A stretch of DNA of 64,000 nt from Candidatus Caenarcanales bacterium (GTDB taxonomy: Bacteria; Cyanobacteriota; Vampirovibrionia; 2-02-FULL-35-15), in the NCBI GenBank assembly GCA_020050435.1, contig JAGVKQ010000011.1, positions 3,350-67,349 on the forward strand, read 5' to 3'. The translations under genes and the position numbers were made by a program. Under the pieces are notes generated by a model. It saw nothing but the letters and a program-made list of their open reading frames with translations, was not told where the DNA came from and did not search any database. The stretch's first letter is position 1; the number at the start of each line of letters is the position of its first letter. Positions 30,722 to 40,660 of this stretch are shown one piece after another.

Positions 30722-31981
30722 ATGATTTTAATAACACTATCACCAATGCCAGCTATGTATACTACGACTAGTGGTCGTAGTAAATTAGCGACTCCACGTC
30801 AAAGCTATGTAGGAAAAGCTAATGATTTAATGGGTGATATGGCTACCCAAGGTAAAAAATTTGCTGGATATGGCTGGGGACTTTTTAATATTGTTGTTGC
30901 TACCTTAATGGGTGTAAGTAGCTCAATTAGTGCTACTTTTATGAAAGACAATACTGCCGGTGATGTAGTTGCTAAAGGTGGAATTGTCGGAGCTGTACTT
31001 TTTGCAATTGCTGGGCTTTGGAAAATTATTAAAGTAAGTTCAGAAAATACGAAAGCTGAAAAGAAACATGTAAAAACGACTCCTTGTGATGCTGAAGAGA
31101 GATTAAAAAAAGAAGCTTGGCATGCACTTGTAGAACTCAATAAAGAGGATGGGTCAGATTTACTTAAGCCTGCTTCTTCAGAAAACGATGTATTTGCTAA
31201 GACTCTATCTGGTCGAGAACTACCAAGTTCTTTACATTCTTTACACTGTGCAAGGTTTGATGTTTTACAAGACTTATGTCAAAAAGATATTTTAAGAATG
31301 GATAGAGATTATAGGAGTAATTATATTGTAAAAGGTCTTTTACCTACTGAAGAAGAGTTTATAGAGGTGTCAAAACTCAGTGATCAATATGCTTTTTCTA
31401 GAGCTATTCAGGTTGCTGTTAATAGTAGTGTTGGAACAATAAATTCTAGTGAAAGGGAATGTCTTCCTGCTGAGTTTGTACATGTTTATGAATCGATTGA
31501 ATGCTATAAAGACTATGAAAGTCAACTTGAGCAAAGAATTAAAGTGACTCAGGCTGAATTAAAAACTTTTTCTGATGCTGGTAATCATGTTAATAGTGAA
31601 AATTTAACCAAATATATAGAACAGATTACTACTATTCATAATCGTTTGAAAATACTACAACAAGCAATGGTGTTTGCTTCTAATACCACAGATCCTGCTA
31701 GTAATGAAGCAGATTTAAGAAAAGCAAGTTTATATAGATCTGCAATTGTTTCAGGCTTTGAAATTAGAGGAAATTCATTAGTTGATATTACTAATAAAAT
31801 AAATGAAGAATTAGTTAAGCCTGATGGTGTAAATGCTCGAGTAGAAGAATTAGATAAATTATTCAAATGTCTTGTAACGGATATTGCTGCTGTAAAAGAA
31901 TTTCCATATGAAATTAAACAAAGTGAAAACCCTGATTATCTAGGATTGATTTATTTTGAGAAAAAACCTATTTCTGTTTAG
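30722..31981 (+). CDS. Hypothetical membrane protein (419 aa) with two N-terminal TM helices and a large soluble domain
   Basis: [21 protein letters not shown] and [20 protein letters not shown] are TM helices. The remainder is helical and unannotatable. Confidence 0.5.
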   Translation: MILITLSPMPAMYTTTSGRSKLATPRQSYVGKANDLMGDMATQGKKFAGYGWGLFNIVVATLMGVSSSISATFMKDNTAGDVVAKGGIVGAVLFAIAGLWKIIKVSSENTKAEKKHVKTTPCDAEERLKKEAWHALVELNKEDGSDLLKPASSENDVFAKTLSGRELPSSLHSLHCARFDVLQDLCQKDILRMDRDYRSNYIVKGLLPTEEEFIEVSKLSDQYAFSRAIQVAVNSSVGTINSSERECLPAEFVHVYESIECYKDYESQLEQRIKVTQAELKTFSDAGNHVNSENLTKYIEQITTIHNRLKILQQAMVFASNTTDPASNEADLRKASLYRSAIVSGFEIRGNSLVDITNKINEELVKPDGVNARVEELDKLFKCLVTDIAAVKEFPYEIKQSENPDYLGLIYFEKKPISV

Positions 31982-32378
31982 ACTTTTTATAATCGACAGT
32001 AACTGAAGTGCTTATTCCACCACGAGCAGTAAAATCACCTTTTACAGTAAGCTCTCTAGGTTTTAAAACTTTTACTAAGTCATCTGAAATCTTATTTGTA
32101 ATAAATTCGTAAAAAATACCCTTATTTCTATAGTCTAAAAGATAATACTTTAAAGATTTTAATTCAATGCATAATTTATCGGGTATATAGTTAATTGTAA
32201 TTGTCCCAAAGTCTGGAAGCCCTGTTTTTGGGCATACTGATGTAAACTCAGGGCAATTAATAGAAATGCTGTAATTCCTTTTTGGATTTGGATTATTGAA
32301 TGTTTCTAAGATGTTTTTCTCTCTTTTATTCATATGATTTCTATTATATAGTGAATTATCGTATAGCGGATAGCGCAT
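31968..32378 (-). CDS. queF: NADPH-dependent 7-cyano-7-deazaguanine (preQ0) reductase
   Basis: 136 aa. [17 protein letters not shown] is the QueF catalytic-Cys motif, and the size fits the unimodular type. Confidence 0.9.
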   Translation of the reverse strand: MRYPLYDNSLYNRNHMNKREKNILETFNNPNPKRNYSISINCPEFTSVCPKTGLPDFGTITINYIPDKLCIELKSLKYYLLDYRNKGIFYEFITNKISDDLVKVLKPRELTVKGDFTARGGISTSVTVDYKKSKQK

Positions 32379-32432
32379 ACTTTATAGAGGTGGTATCATA
32401 GAATGTTCAAGGTTTAGCATATAAAAGGTAAT

Positions 32433-33131
32433 TTGAAGTACATGTCAGACAAAGATAAAAATAAAAGTGTTGAAGATGAAAATATCACTATTAAGGATTC
32501 TGCAAATAAGCTAGATCTTTCAGAAGCGACTGTAAAAAAATATTTAAAGGATTTTGAACTCCCATTTGGTAAAGGTCCAGCAAATAAAGCATTGATTTCT
32601 AATGATACTTTTCAGGCTTTAACTGAAATTGCAAAACTTAGAGCTAATGGTTTATCTATCCAGGAAATTAAAGAATTAAAAACAGAAGAGCCATCTAAGC
32701 ACATTGCTGATGAAATTGAAGAAGTCCCAGTATTAGAACAAATTAAACCAAAAGAAGAAACAGAACTAGTAGAATCTTTAATTGCAGAAGAACTTACTGA
32801 AGTGTTAGATATTCCATCTTTAGAAGATTTATCAGCTTCTGAAAGTTCATCTGAAACAGCAGCAGATGCTGAAGAAGATGCGGCTGAAGGTACTCAAGAT
32901 GAATCTGAAGGTGAAGAAGACGAGTCTACTCAAAGACGTAGAAGAGGCTTTAACTATAGATATGTAGAAAGACAAATATCTGCAGATTCAAAAAGAGTTT
33001 CATCTATTAGAATACGATTAAAAAATCCAAATCTCTCTGTTCAAGACAGAATGTTTTTTGATGAAGCGCTTGAGAGAAGAATCTTATTTTTAAACGGTTG
33101 GAAACATATCCTTAAATGGATTGCAAAGTAA
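32433..33131 (+). CDS. Hypothetical protein with an N-terminal MerR-like helix-turn-helix and a long acidic (E/D/S-rich) linker
   Basis: The HTH-like segment is KLDLSEATVKKYLKDFELPF...GLSIQEIKEL. The acidic tract is AADAEEDAAEGTQDESEGEEDE. Confidence 0.35.
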   Translation: MKYMSDKDKNKSVEDENITIKDSANKLDLSEATVKKYLKDFELPFGKGPANKALISNDTFQALTEIAKLRANGLSIQEIKELKTEEPSKHIADEIEEVPVLEQIKPKEETELVESLIAEELTEVLDIPSLEDLSASESSSETAADAEEDAAEGTQDESEGEEDESTQRRRRGFNYRYVERQISADSKRVSSIRIRLKNPNLSVQDRMFFDEALERRILFLNGWKHILKWIAK

Positions 33132-34344
33132 ATCAATGCCTATTCGCTTTCTTACAGCAGGGGAATCGCACGGACCAGAATTAAACATTATTGTAGACGG
33201 TCTTCCTTCTAACTTGGAAATATTACCAGAGGATTTTGACATAGACCTTAAACGCAGACAAGGTGGCTATGGGCGTGGCGGAAGAATGAAGATTGAGAAA
33301 GATAAAGCTATCTTTACTGGAGGTCTTCGTCTTGGTAAAACCATGGGTGGACCAGTTTCCATCAGAATTACTAATAATGATTTTAAAAATTGGGATGTTT
33401 CAATGTCTCCTACTCCACAGGATTTAAATGATCCTTCTGTAAGAGAAAAAATTGATGCTAAGTTCATCTCTAAAGCAAGACCAGGGCATGCTGATTTAAC
33501 TGGTGCTATAAAGTACGGGCATGAAGATATAAGAAATGTGCTGGAAAGATCCAGTGCTAGAGAAACTACCAGTAGAGTGGTGGCTGGAGCTATTTGTAGA
33601 AAGCTTTTAAAGGTCATTGGAATCGATATTATTAGCTATGTTACTAGAATTGGATCAGTGTCTATTGAAGATGATGTTTTAGGACATGATTATCTAAGTC
33701 TTTATAAAAAAGCAGAATTGTCAGAGGTTAGATGCCCAGATGAAAAGACTTCAGAATTGATGAAAAAAGCAGTTGATGATGCCAGGTCTAAGGGCGACAC
33801 TATAGGCGGTGTTACTAAAATCATTGCTTTAAATCTACCCATAGGATTAGGCTCTTTTACTCACTGGGATAAGAGATTAAACGGTAGAATTGCTGGAGCT
33901 TTAATGTCAGTTCACACTGTTAAGTCAGTTGAAATTGGAATGGGAAAGAAAGTGGGAGAACTTTTTGGTTCTCAAGTACATGATCAAATTCAGATAAACC
34001 CTGAGTGGAAAAATGATAGATCTAGATATAAAAGAAAATCTAACAATGCTGGTGGCATAGAAGCTGGAATGACTAATGGTGAACCTATCGTTTGTACCGT
34101 AGCTACAAAACCTATTCCTACTCTTATTAAGCCCCTTGATTCCGTGGATATTAAAACTAAAACAAATACTCAGGCTCACTTTGAAAGATCTGATGTATGT
34201 GTTGTTCCAGCTGCTGGAGTTGTACTGGAAGCTATGCTTTCATATGTTTTAGCTGATGTTGTTTTAGAAAAATTCGGTGGTGATAGTGTAAAAGATCTTG
34301 TGGATAATTTTAAGAGATATCAGGAATATACTTGGGATAGGTAA
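33121..34344 (+). CDS. aroC: Chorismate synthase; the likely start is 33136 (MPIRFLTAGESHG)
   Basis: FLTAGESHGPEL together with the RPGHADLTG and SARETTSRV blocks are canonical AroC signatures. Confidence 0.9.
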   Translation: MQSKSMPIRFLTAGESHGPELNIIVDGLPSNLEILPEDFDIDLKRRQGGYGRGGRMKIEKDKAIFTGGLRLGKTMGGPVSIRITNNDFKNWDVSMSPTPQDLNDPSVREKIDAKFISKARPGHADLTGAIKYGHEDIRNVLERSSARETTSRVVAGAICRKLLKVIGIDIISYVTRIGSVSIEDDVLGHDYLSLYKKAELSEVRCPDEKTSELMKKAVDDARSKGDTIGGVTKIIALNLPIGLGSFTHWDKRLNGRIAGALMSVHTVKSVEIGMGKKVGELFGSQVHDQIQINPEWKNDRSRYKRKSNNAGGIEAGMTNGEPIVCTVATKPIPTLIKPLDSVDIKTKTNTQAHFERSDVCVVPAAGVVLEAMLSYVLADVVLEKFGGDSVKDLVDNFKRYQEYTWDR

Positions 34345-34463
34345 TAATTAAATTCATTTCAATTAAAGGCGAACAGACCAATTTTTTGTGCAGCCGGACA
34401 CTCGGATTGGAGGGCAAGCAAAAAATTTCGGTCTGTGAGCCAATTGAAATGATTAAAAACCGC

Positions 34464-35192
34464 CTATTTCTTTGCGATATGAATAGCCACAACACCACCA
34501 AAAATATTTTTATAAAAGCATTTAGTGAATCCTTTTTTTAATAATATTTCTTTTAATTCTTCTTGTGTATACCAGGTCTTTAATGACTCTGGTAGATAGG
34601 TGTAAGCATCTTTATCTCTAGCAAACAACTCTCCCATTTTTGGTACTAAGTTATAGAAGTATGTAAAAAATATTTTTCTCCATATGGGATTTACTGGATG
34701 ACCTAGATCTATGCACATAAAAACACCATCTTTTTTTAAGACTGAATAAATACTTTCTATGCATTTTTCTTTATTTACTAGGTTTCTTAACCCAAAACCA
34801 ATAGTTACTAAGTTAAAAGTACTTTTTGGGAAATCAATACTTTCCGAATCAATTTTTTTTACATTAATGTTTTTTAAATCATGATTGATTATCTTCTTTT
34901 CTAGGATTTGAAGCATTTCATCACAGTAGTCAGATGCAATAATTTCAGTTTTTGGGGATAATTTATTTAGTATTATGGACAGATCGCCAGTTCCAGTGCA
35001 TAAATCTAAAGCTTTATTACAATCTTTTACTTCTTTTAAGGCTAACTTTATTCCATCTTCTTTCCACTTCAAATGTCTGCCAAACGTCATTAAATTGTTT
35101 AAAAGATCATATTTTTTAGCTATTTTAGAAAATAGGTTATTTACATATGTTGATTTGCCGCTAGTATTTGATTTTTGTATTGTATCTTGCAT
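34464..35192 (-). CDS. ubiE: Demethylmenaquinone / ubiquinone C-methyltransferase (UbiE/MenG family)
   Basis: YDLLNNLMTFGRHLKWK matches the UbiE signature, and the SAM motif DLCTGTGDL is present. Confidence 0.85.
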   Translation of the reverse strand: MQDTIQKSNTSGKSTYVNNLFSKIAKKYDLLNNLMTFGRHLKWKEDGIKLALKEVKDCNKALDLCTGTGDLSIILNKLSPKTEIIASDYCDEMLQILEKKIINHDLKNINVKKIDSESIDFPKSTFNLVTIGFGLRNLVNKEKCIESIYSVLKKDGVFMCIDLGHPVNPIWRKIFFTYFYNLVPKMGELFARDKDAYTYLPESLKTWYTQEELKEILLKKGFTKCFYKNIFGGVVAIHIAKK

Positions 35193-35229
35193 TATTATCT
35201 TTTAATATGATCTGCTTTAATAATATCTT

Positions 35230-35979
35230 ATGGATGTAAACGCTGAAGTTAACAATTTAATTTCTAAAGCATTTTCTCTAGTTAATGAGGATAAAAATAA
35301 TGAAGCTTTTGAAATTGTAAATGCCATTTCTTCTGATAAATATGTAAATAACTTAAATAAAGATCATTTCCAGGCAATTGGAGATATTTGCTTGTCTTTA
35401 GGCAAGTTTGAATTAGCTAAAGATTTTTACCTGAAAGCTGAAAATCCAGAAGCAGCAAGCCTGGCTCTAATTGCTCTTGATGACTTAGATGAAGCTAGCA
35501 AGTTGCTTCTAAAGTGTCCAAAGTCCCCACCATCAACATGGTGTAATTTTCTAATTGATGTATTTAATGAAAAAGCAATTAAACAATGGCCTTCTTTTTT
35601 AGAAATCAGACACTTTATGGAATTAACTGTTTATAGTCTTTTACTGGGAAAGAGGCATTATTTTATATCACTTCTTCTGAAAAGGTTAAATCGATTATTA
35701 GATATAAATATAGATTCTGAAAAGTTAATAGGCTATGCATATTTTCATTATGGTGACTTAGACAATGCAATTAAATTTTTAAAGTCTTCTATTCGTAAGA
35801 ACCGTACGGATGGAGAAATATATTTTGTTCTTGGGCAGATAAGCTTAGAAAAAGGAGATTTAAAAGAGTCACTTTCAATGCTTGAAAATGCAAAAACATT
35901 ATTGGCTAACCATTACCCTAGTAAGAAATTATATGAAGAGGTGAAGGCTGCTTTGTCATTGCGAACCCTGAAAGGGTGA
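35230..35979 (+). CDS. Hypothetical helical, TPR-like protein (249 aa). Its last 9 codons and the stop lie inside a family A palindromic repeat.
   Basis: It is an ORF only. The C-terminal ALSLRTLKG* is encoded by the repeat gctttgtcattgcgaaccctgaaagggtga. Confidence 0.4.
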   Translation: MDVNAEVNNLISKAFSLVNEDKNNEAFEIVNAISSDKYVNNLNKDHFQAIGDICLSLGKFELAKDFYLKAENPEAASLALIALDDLDEASKLLLKCPKSPPSTWCNFLIDVFNEKAIKQWPSFLEIRHFMELTVYSLLLGKRHYFISLLLKRLNRLLDINIDSEKLIGYAYFHYGDLDNAIKFLKSSIRKNRTDGEIYFVLGQISLEKGDLKESLSMLENAKTLLANHYPSKKLYEEVKAALSLRTLKG

Positions 35980-36038
35980 AGCAATCTCACAAGCAAAATC
36001 GGTCAAGTAAGATTGCTTCGCCTTTGGCTCGCAATGAC
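35955..36038. repeat. Family A nested palindromic repeat, copy 2 (gtcattgcgaaccc...gggctcgcaatgac with inner gcaatctcac...agattgc)
   Basis: Read directly from the sequence, between convergent genes. Confidence 0.6.
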
Positions 36039-36056
36039 ATTTGCATGTTGAATCCC

Positions 36057-36641
36057 CTATCTGGTTTCACCTTTAATCTGTACCTTGTAATTTACTCTAT
36101 TATAATATTCAAGAATGTCATTCATTTTTGACTTTTGTTCTTCTAAATCAGAATAAATATACCTTGTCATTTTTATCATATGTGAAAAGCCCATAGCTAT
36201 TGTATTTGCTAAAACAGTACCGATAGTAACTGCTGCAAAAACCAATAAACTGTTTCCTAGGGCATAATTCCCATTGTATAAGCTAGTGCCTATCATGATT
36301 AATTGTAGAAGCCCAAGTACACTGCCTAATGCAACTATAAAAATACCAGCGACTTTAAATGATGTATCCAGTGAGTCTATGCTTTTTTCATTTATAATCT
36401 CTTTTGAAAGACCGCTTGATAATTCTTTTTGATTATAATTTTGATTAAATAATGTTGTTTCAATGGTTTTATCAATCTCATTATGATTATTTTGTTCTTG
36501 TGGCATTCTGTTGCCATTGGTTGGTTTATAAATTTGTTTTTTCTCTTTTAAAGAGGTTTTTAAATTTTCTGTTTTAATGTATCCATCTAATAGAGGGCTA
36601 TGTAACCTTTTAGGGTTCTGATTTTGATAATTTTGACTCAT
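36057..36641 (-). CDS. Hypothetical membrane protein (194 aa) with an N/Q-rich N-terminus and two C-terminal TM helices
   Basis: The ORF has the TM helices FIVALGSVLGLLQLIMIG and LLVFAAVTIGTVLANTIAMGF. Its start overlaps the fabD 3' end by 32 bp. Confidence 0.4.
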   Translation of the reverse strand: MSQNYQNQNPKRLHSPLLDGYIKTENLKTSLKEKKQIYKPTNGNRMPQEQNNHNEIDKTIETTLFNQNYNQKELSSGLSKEIINEKSIDSLDTSFKVAGIFIVALGSVLGLLQLIMIGTSLYNGNYALGNSLLVFAAVTIGTVLANTIAMGFSHMIKMTRYIYSDLEEQKSKMNDILEYYNRVNYKVQIKGETR

Positions 36642-37572
36642 AAATTGAAATAAATTCCTCTAATGATTGATAATCAAAAATGTTATAGCAATGTAAATCT
36701 GGATTTATTTTTTTAACCAAGCCAGTTAAAACTTTGCCCGGTCCAACTTCAATAACTGCATCAACTCTTTGTTTGACGAGGTTCGTAATAGTTTGTGTCC
36801 AAAAAACTGAAGATGTCATTTGTTTTTTTAACTTGTCCAAGATAATATTCGAGTCAGTTGATGCTTGACCATCTAGATTTTGAAAAATGGGAATAGTTGC
36901 ATTGTTTACATTGGATATCTTAGAAAGTGCTTCAGTAAAGGATTTTGAAGACTCATTCATGAGTGGTGAATGAAATGCTCCACTAACAGGCAAGATAATT
37001 GCTTTCCCGCCAAGTGCTTTTACTCTTTCTGGAATTGTTTCAAATGCAGACTTTTCACCTGATATTACAAATTGATTAGGACTGTTGTAATTAGCAATTA
37101 TTATTTTCCCTTTGAAAATCTCCTCATTTAAAAGACTTTCTATTTGGTTTAAGTCTAAATTTAATATTGCTGCCATTGCTCCACTAGGGGCATTTTGCAT
37201 AAGTTCGCCACGAAGTAATACTAAATTAATTGTATCTCCAAGACTTAAAACGTTTGAATACCATAGAGCTGTTAATTCTCCTAAGCTATGACCACAAGTG
37301 CCTACTATATCTAAAGATAATTTCTTTTCTTTTAACTTCTCATCTAATAACTGTGAAAGAGCAATTGAAACTGTAATTATAGAAGGTTGAGTATTTTTTG
37401 TTTGATTTAACTCATCTTGAGGACCATTTAAGAAAATATTAGAGAGATCTCTTTTTGCTAAATTGTCTAATATCTTAAATAGCTCTTTTGCTTTGGGTGA
37501 TTTTTCAATTAAATCTAAACCCATACCTACTTTTTGTGACCCTTGTCCAGGAAATAAAATAGCAAACTTCAT
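36610..37572 (-). CDS. fabD: Malonyl CoA-acyl carrier protein transacylase
   Basis: The active-site motif is GHSLGE, the N-terminus FPGQGSQ is present, and the size is 320 aa. Confidence 0.9.
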   Translation of the reverse strand: MKFAILFPGQGSQKVGMGLDLIEKSPKAKELFKILDNLAKRDLSNIFLNGPQDELNQTKNTQPSIITVSIALSQLLDEKLKEKKLSLDIVGTCGHSLGELTALWYSNVLSLGDTINLVLLRGELMQNAPSGAMAAILNLDLNQIESLLNEEIFKGKIIIANYNSPNQFVISGEKSAFETIPERVKALGGKAIILPVSGAFHSPLMNESSKSFTEALSKISNVNNATIPIFQNLDGQASTDSNIILDKLKKQMTSSVFWTQTITNLVKQRVDAVIEVGPGKVLTGLVKKINPDLHCYNIFDYQSLEEFISIYESKLSKSEP

Positions 37573-37597
37573 TCACGATCTCCTTTGTACGGACAAT

Positions 37598-39427
37598 TCA
37601 TGAATTGTCCCTCACTAAATCCATAATCTTTTGTAAGATGTCATTCTCTTCATCTACAGTTTTTGAGTCTTTTAATTGCTCTGTTAAAAATTTCATTTTT
37701 TGTTTGTTCTGTACCCACCACTGTATCCACTCTTTTGCTTCTTTAATAGCTCGTATTTTAAAGGATTTATCGTAATGCCCCTCATTCATTTCTAATTTTA
37801 ATGCAATATCTGAAATTATGGACATTATATTTTTAAATTCATTAAATTCTAAAATCAGTAAATCGACTATTCCTTGAGCTGAATAATCTCTTTTTTCCAT
37901 GTTGTCCAGATAATCTTTTATAAGTTTATGTTTTTCATCTACAAACTCTAAAGCTGAAAGCTCAATTTTTATCTCATCACTATAAGGAAAAGAGTTTATA
38001 TATAACGTTAATAACTCTAGCTCTGCATGTTTAAATCTTTCTATCGTATGCATTTTAAACATAGTATCTTCTGATTCTTTGCGAGGCTGTTTATATGTTC
38101 TTTTAGGTCTTGTTTTATCCCTGAGCTTCATTGATATTAGTTCTTCATCTATCTTTAAGAGATGAGATGCATAATTTACATTTTCTTTCTGCTCAATAGG
38201 ATCAGCTGTAGAGGTTATGACATCCATCAACTCTTCAAGAATTTCTTTTTTTTCAATTTCACTACCTGAATCTTTGTATTGGGTGGTGACCTTTTCGATA
38301 ACAAATTTAGAAATAGGCTTACTGTTTTCTATTTTAGTCTTAACTTTTTCATATCCCTCTGTGTTAAGAGATTCGTCTAGATCTTTTGAAATTAAATCAC
38401 TTACTACTCTTAAATCAAGAGTTACAAATTTAGATATTTCTTGTGAAATCTTAAATGTTCTTTCAGCTGCTTTCTGCCCTGCTGCATCTGTATCCAGACA
38501 CAAACATATTTTTTTTGAGTTAGTGTATTTAGCGAGTAATCTGGCTTGTTCTTTTGTAAGAGCTGTTCCCAGAGTCGCCACCGTATTTGTAAGCCCATGT
38601 TGGTGAGCTGTTATAACATCTAAATACCCCTCAGTTAAAATTACATAATCTAAATTTTTAATGGCGTCTTTTGCATAATTCAATGCATAGAGGTTGAATC
38701 CTTTGCTAAAAATTAACGTTTCTGGAGAATTAATATACTTTGCATCTTCATTCGTAAGTGTTCTGCCACCAAAACCTATAACATTATTTTTTTCATTATA
38801 AATAGGAAATATTACTCTATTTCTAAATCTGTCATAGTAAGAATTTTGATTCTCTCTTGGTATAAAAAGTCCTGAAGCTACAATTAATTCCTGTTGATAA
38901 TTTTTTTCTTTCGTTAGGTGGTGATATAGAGATTCCCAAGTGTTTTGAGCATACCCCACTTCAAATTTCTCAATGGTTTCTTTTGATAATTTTCTTTTAT
39001 TTTGAACATAGTCAAGAGCAATTTTGGCATCAGAATTATTTGAATATAAGTTTTCTTTAAAAAAATTAAGTGCAACTCTATTCAAATCATATAGTTTTGT
39101 CTTTATTTCAATTTCAGCTTTATTTTCATCGCCATATTCTACTTTTAGTCCATATTTTGTAGCTAATTCTGGAATAGCTTCTGCCCATTTTTTCTTATTA
39201 ATAAGAGCGTAAAACGTTATTAAGTCTCCACCTGTACCGCAGGAAAAGCATTTAAAAATTCCTTTTTGTGGATGTATCTGTAACGAAGGCTTATGATCAT
39301 CATGAAATGGACAGATGGATACATATCCTCTACCTGATTTCTTCACAGGTACGTATTCTGCAATCAATTCCTGTATAGGGACTTGTGTTTTTATTTGTTC
39401 AACAAGCTCTTTAAAGTTCTTTATCAT
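37598..39427 (-). CDS. dnaG: DNA primase
   Basis: The zinc finger CPFHDDHKPSLQI...CFSCGTGGD, the Toprim domain (EGYLDV, DTD) and the C-terminal helicase-interaction domain are all present. Confidence 0.9.
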   Translation of the reverse strand: MIKNFKELVEQIKTQVPIQELIAEYVPVKKSGRGYVSICPFHDDHKPSLQIHPQKGIFKCFSCGTGGDLITFYALINKKKWAEAIPELATKYGLKVEYGDENKAEIEIKTKLYDLNRVALNFFKENLYSNNSDAKIALDYVQNKRKLSKETIEKFEVGYAQNTWESLYHHLTKEKNYQQELIVASGLFIPRENQNSYYDRFRNRVIFPIYNEKNNVIGFGGRTLTNEDAKYINSPETLIFSKGFNLYALNYAKDAIKNLDYVILTEGYLDVITAHQHGLTNTVATLGTALTKEQARLLAKYTNSKKICLCLDTDAAGQKAAERTFKISQEISKFVTLDLRVVSDLISKDLDESLNTEGYEKVKTKIENSKPISKFVIEKVTTQYKDSGSEIEKKEILEELMDVITSTADPIEQKENVNYASHLLKIDEELISMKLRDKTRPKRTYKQPRKESEDTMFKMHTIERFKHAELELLTLYINSFPYSDEIKIELSALEFVDEKHKLIKDYLDNMEKRDYSAQGIVDLLILEFNEFKNIMSIISDIALKLEMNEGHYDKSFKIRAIKEAKEWIQWWVQNKQKMKFLTEQLKDSKTVDEENDILQKIMDLVRDNS

Positions 39428-39548
39428 TTTCTTAGCTCAAGACAAGCTTGAGCTTCCTATGGTCAACCTGTTCCAACTGCTCGCATTTGCCGAGTAAATC
39501 GGACAAATGCTTTCCTCGTCAATTTGGATATTTATCCCGGCTTTTATA

Positions 39549-40580
39549 TTATGGTATTTGACCGACGGTATCAAGCCCCATCTTTTCATTAAATCCAAGC
39601 ATTAAATTCATATTTTGAATAGCTTGACCAGATGCGCCCTTAACCATGTTATCAATGGAGCTTACTAGGATTAATCTATTTGTTTTTTCATCTTTCAGAG
39701 GAGTTAAATGGCAGAAATTTGTATATCTGACATTTTTAGTATTAGCATACATGTTTTCAGGTAAAACTTTAACAAAGTACTCATTTTTATAAAAAGCTTT
39801 ATATAAAGCATGAATTTCTTTTTGATTAATTTTAACTTTCAAGTCTGCATAAATTGTGCTCAATATTCCTCTGTTTATTGGTAAAAGATGTGGGGAGAAA
39901 GTAGCATTTATATTTTTTCCTGCTAATTTTGATAGCTCATTTTCAATTTCTGGTAGGTGTCTATGTTTTCCAGCTAATGCATAAGGTGAAAAAGATTCAT
40001 TTACTTCACAAAAATGTGTCTCTGGTTTTGCTTGTTTGCCGGCGCCGCTAGTACCTGACTTAGAATCAATAATAATAGAATTAAGTTTAATTAATCCACT
40101 CTTTAATGCAGGAGCTAATGCAAGGATCGCTGAAGTCGGATAGCAGCCTGGGTTTGCTATAAATTGAGATTTTTTAATTTGACTTCTGTATAGTTCTGGT
40201 AAGCCATATGTAACTTTTATTTTTTTCTTGAAAGTTGTTTCTAGTCTGAAGTCAGCACTTAAATCCACTATTTTTAATTTACTGTTTTCACTTAAAAGCT
40301 TAGGAATGTAATCTTTTGAAAAGCCATGTGGAGTAGCCATAAATACAACATCACATTCATTTGCAATTTTTTTTGCATCTGTTTTTTTACATTTGTCTTC
40401 TAGAACTCCATAAAAAGTCGGATATATATCAGAGAATTTTTTATCAGCATGTTGCTCAGATGCTAAGTATATGATTTCTATATTAGGATGATTTAATAAT
40501 AATTTTACAAGCACTACACCTGTATAACCAGTAGATCCTAAAATACCTATTTTTGTCTTTGTCCTTACCATTTGTTTCAT
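39549..40580 (-). CDS. argC: N-acetyl-gamma-glutamyl-phosphate reductase
   Basis: The N-terminal NAD motif is ILGSTGYTG. The active-site block NPGCYPTS is diagnostic for ArgC. Confidence 0.9.
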   Translation of the reverse strand: MKQMVRTKTKIGILGSTGYTGVVLVKLLLNHPNIEIIYLASEQHADKKFSDIYPTFYGVLEDKCKKTDAKKIANECDVVFMATPHGFSKDYIPKLLSENSKLKIVDLSADFRLETTFKKKIKVTYGLPELYRSQIKKSQFIANPGCYPTSAILALAPALKSGLIKLNSIIIDSKSGTSGAGKQAKPETHFCEVNESFSPYALAGKHRHLPEIENELSKLAGKNINATFSPHLLPINRGILSTIYADLKVKINQKEIHALYKAFYKNEYFVKVLPENMYANTKNVRYTNFCHLTPLKDEKTNRLILVSSIDNMVKGASGQAIQNMNLMLGFNEKMGLDTVGQIP

Positions 40581-40592
40581 TATATACCAAGC

Positions 40593-40617
40593 AGAGACGC
40601 CCCATCGGGGCGTCTCT
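40593..40617. promoter_or_regulatory. Perfect GC-rich 11-bp-stem hairpin (agagacgcccc atc ggggcgtctct) in the divergent argC/queE intergenic region
   Basis: Read directly. It is strikingly GC-rich for this genome and is not positioned as a terminator, since both flanking genes point away from it. Confidence 0.5.
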
Positions 40618-40660
40618 CCAACTTGATTTAATATACTTTTTATATTGCTACAATACTGCT

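Noticed and set aside
33267-34179. ORFs 33267-33617 and 33925-34179 on the minus strand within aroC
   Set aside because: They are antisense to a canonical chorismate synthase.
38217-39497. ORFs 38217-38606, 39024-39212 and 39315-39497 on the + strand around dnaG
   Set aside because: They are antisense to or overlap the primase gene, and the first two have low-complexity translations.
40553-40660. The longer queE start at 40553 proposed by the ORF track, overlapping argC
   Set aside because: That extension is translated through the perfect GC hairpin and overlaps the argC 5' end. The conserved QueE N-terminus begins at the Met at 40661.
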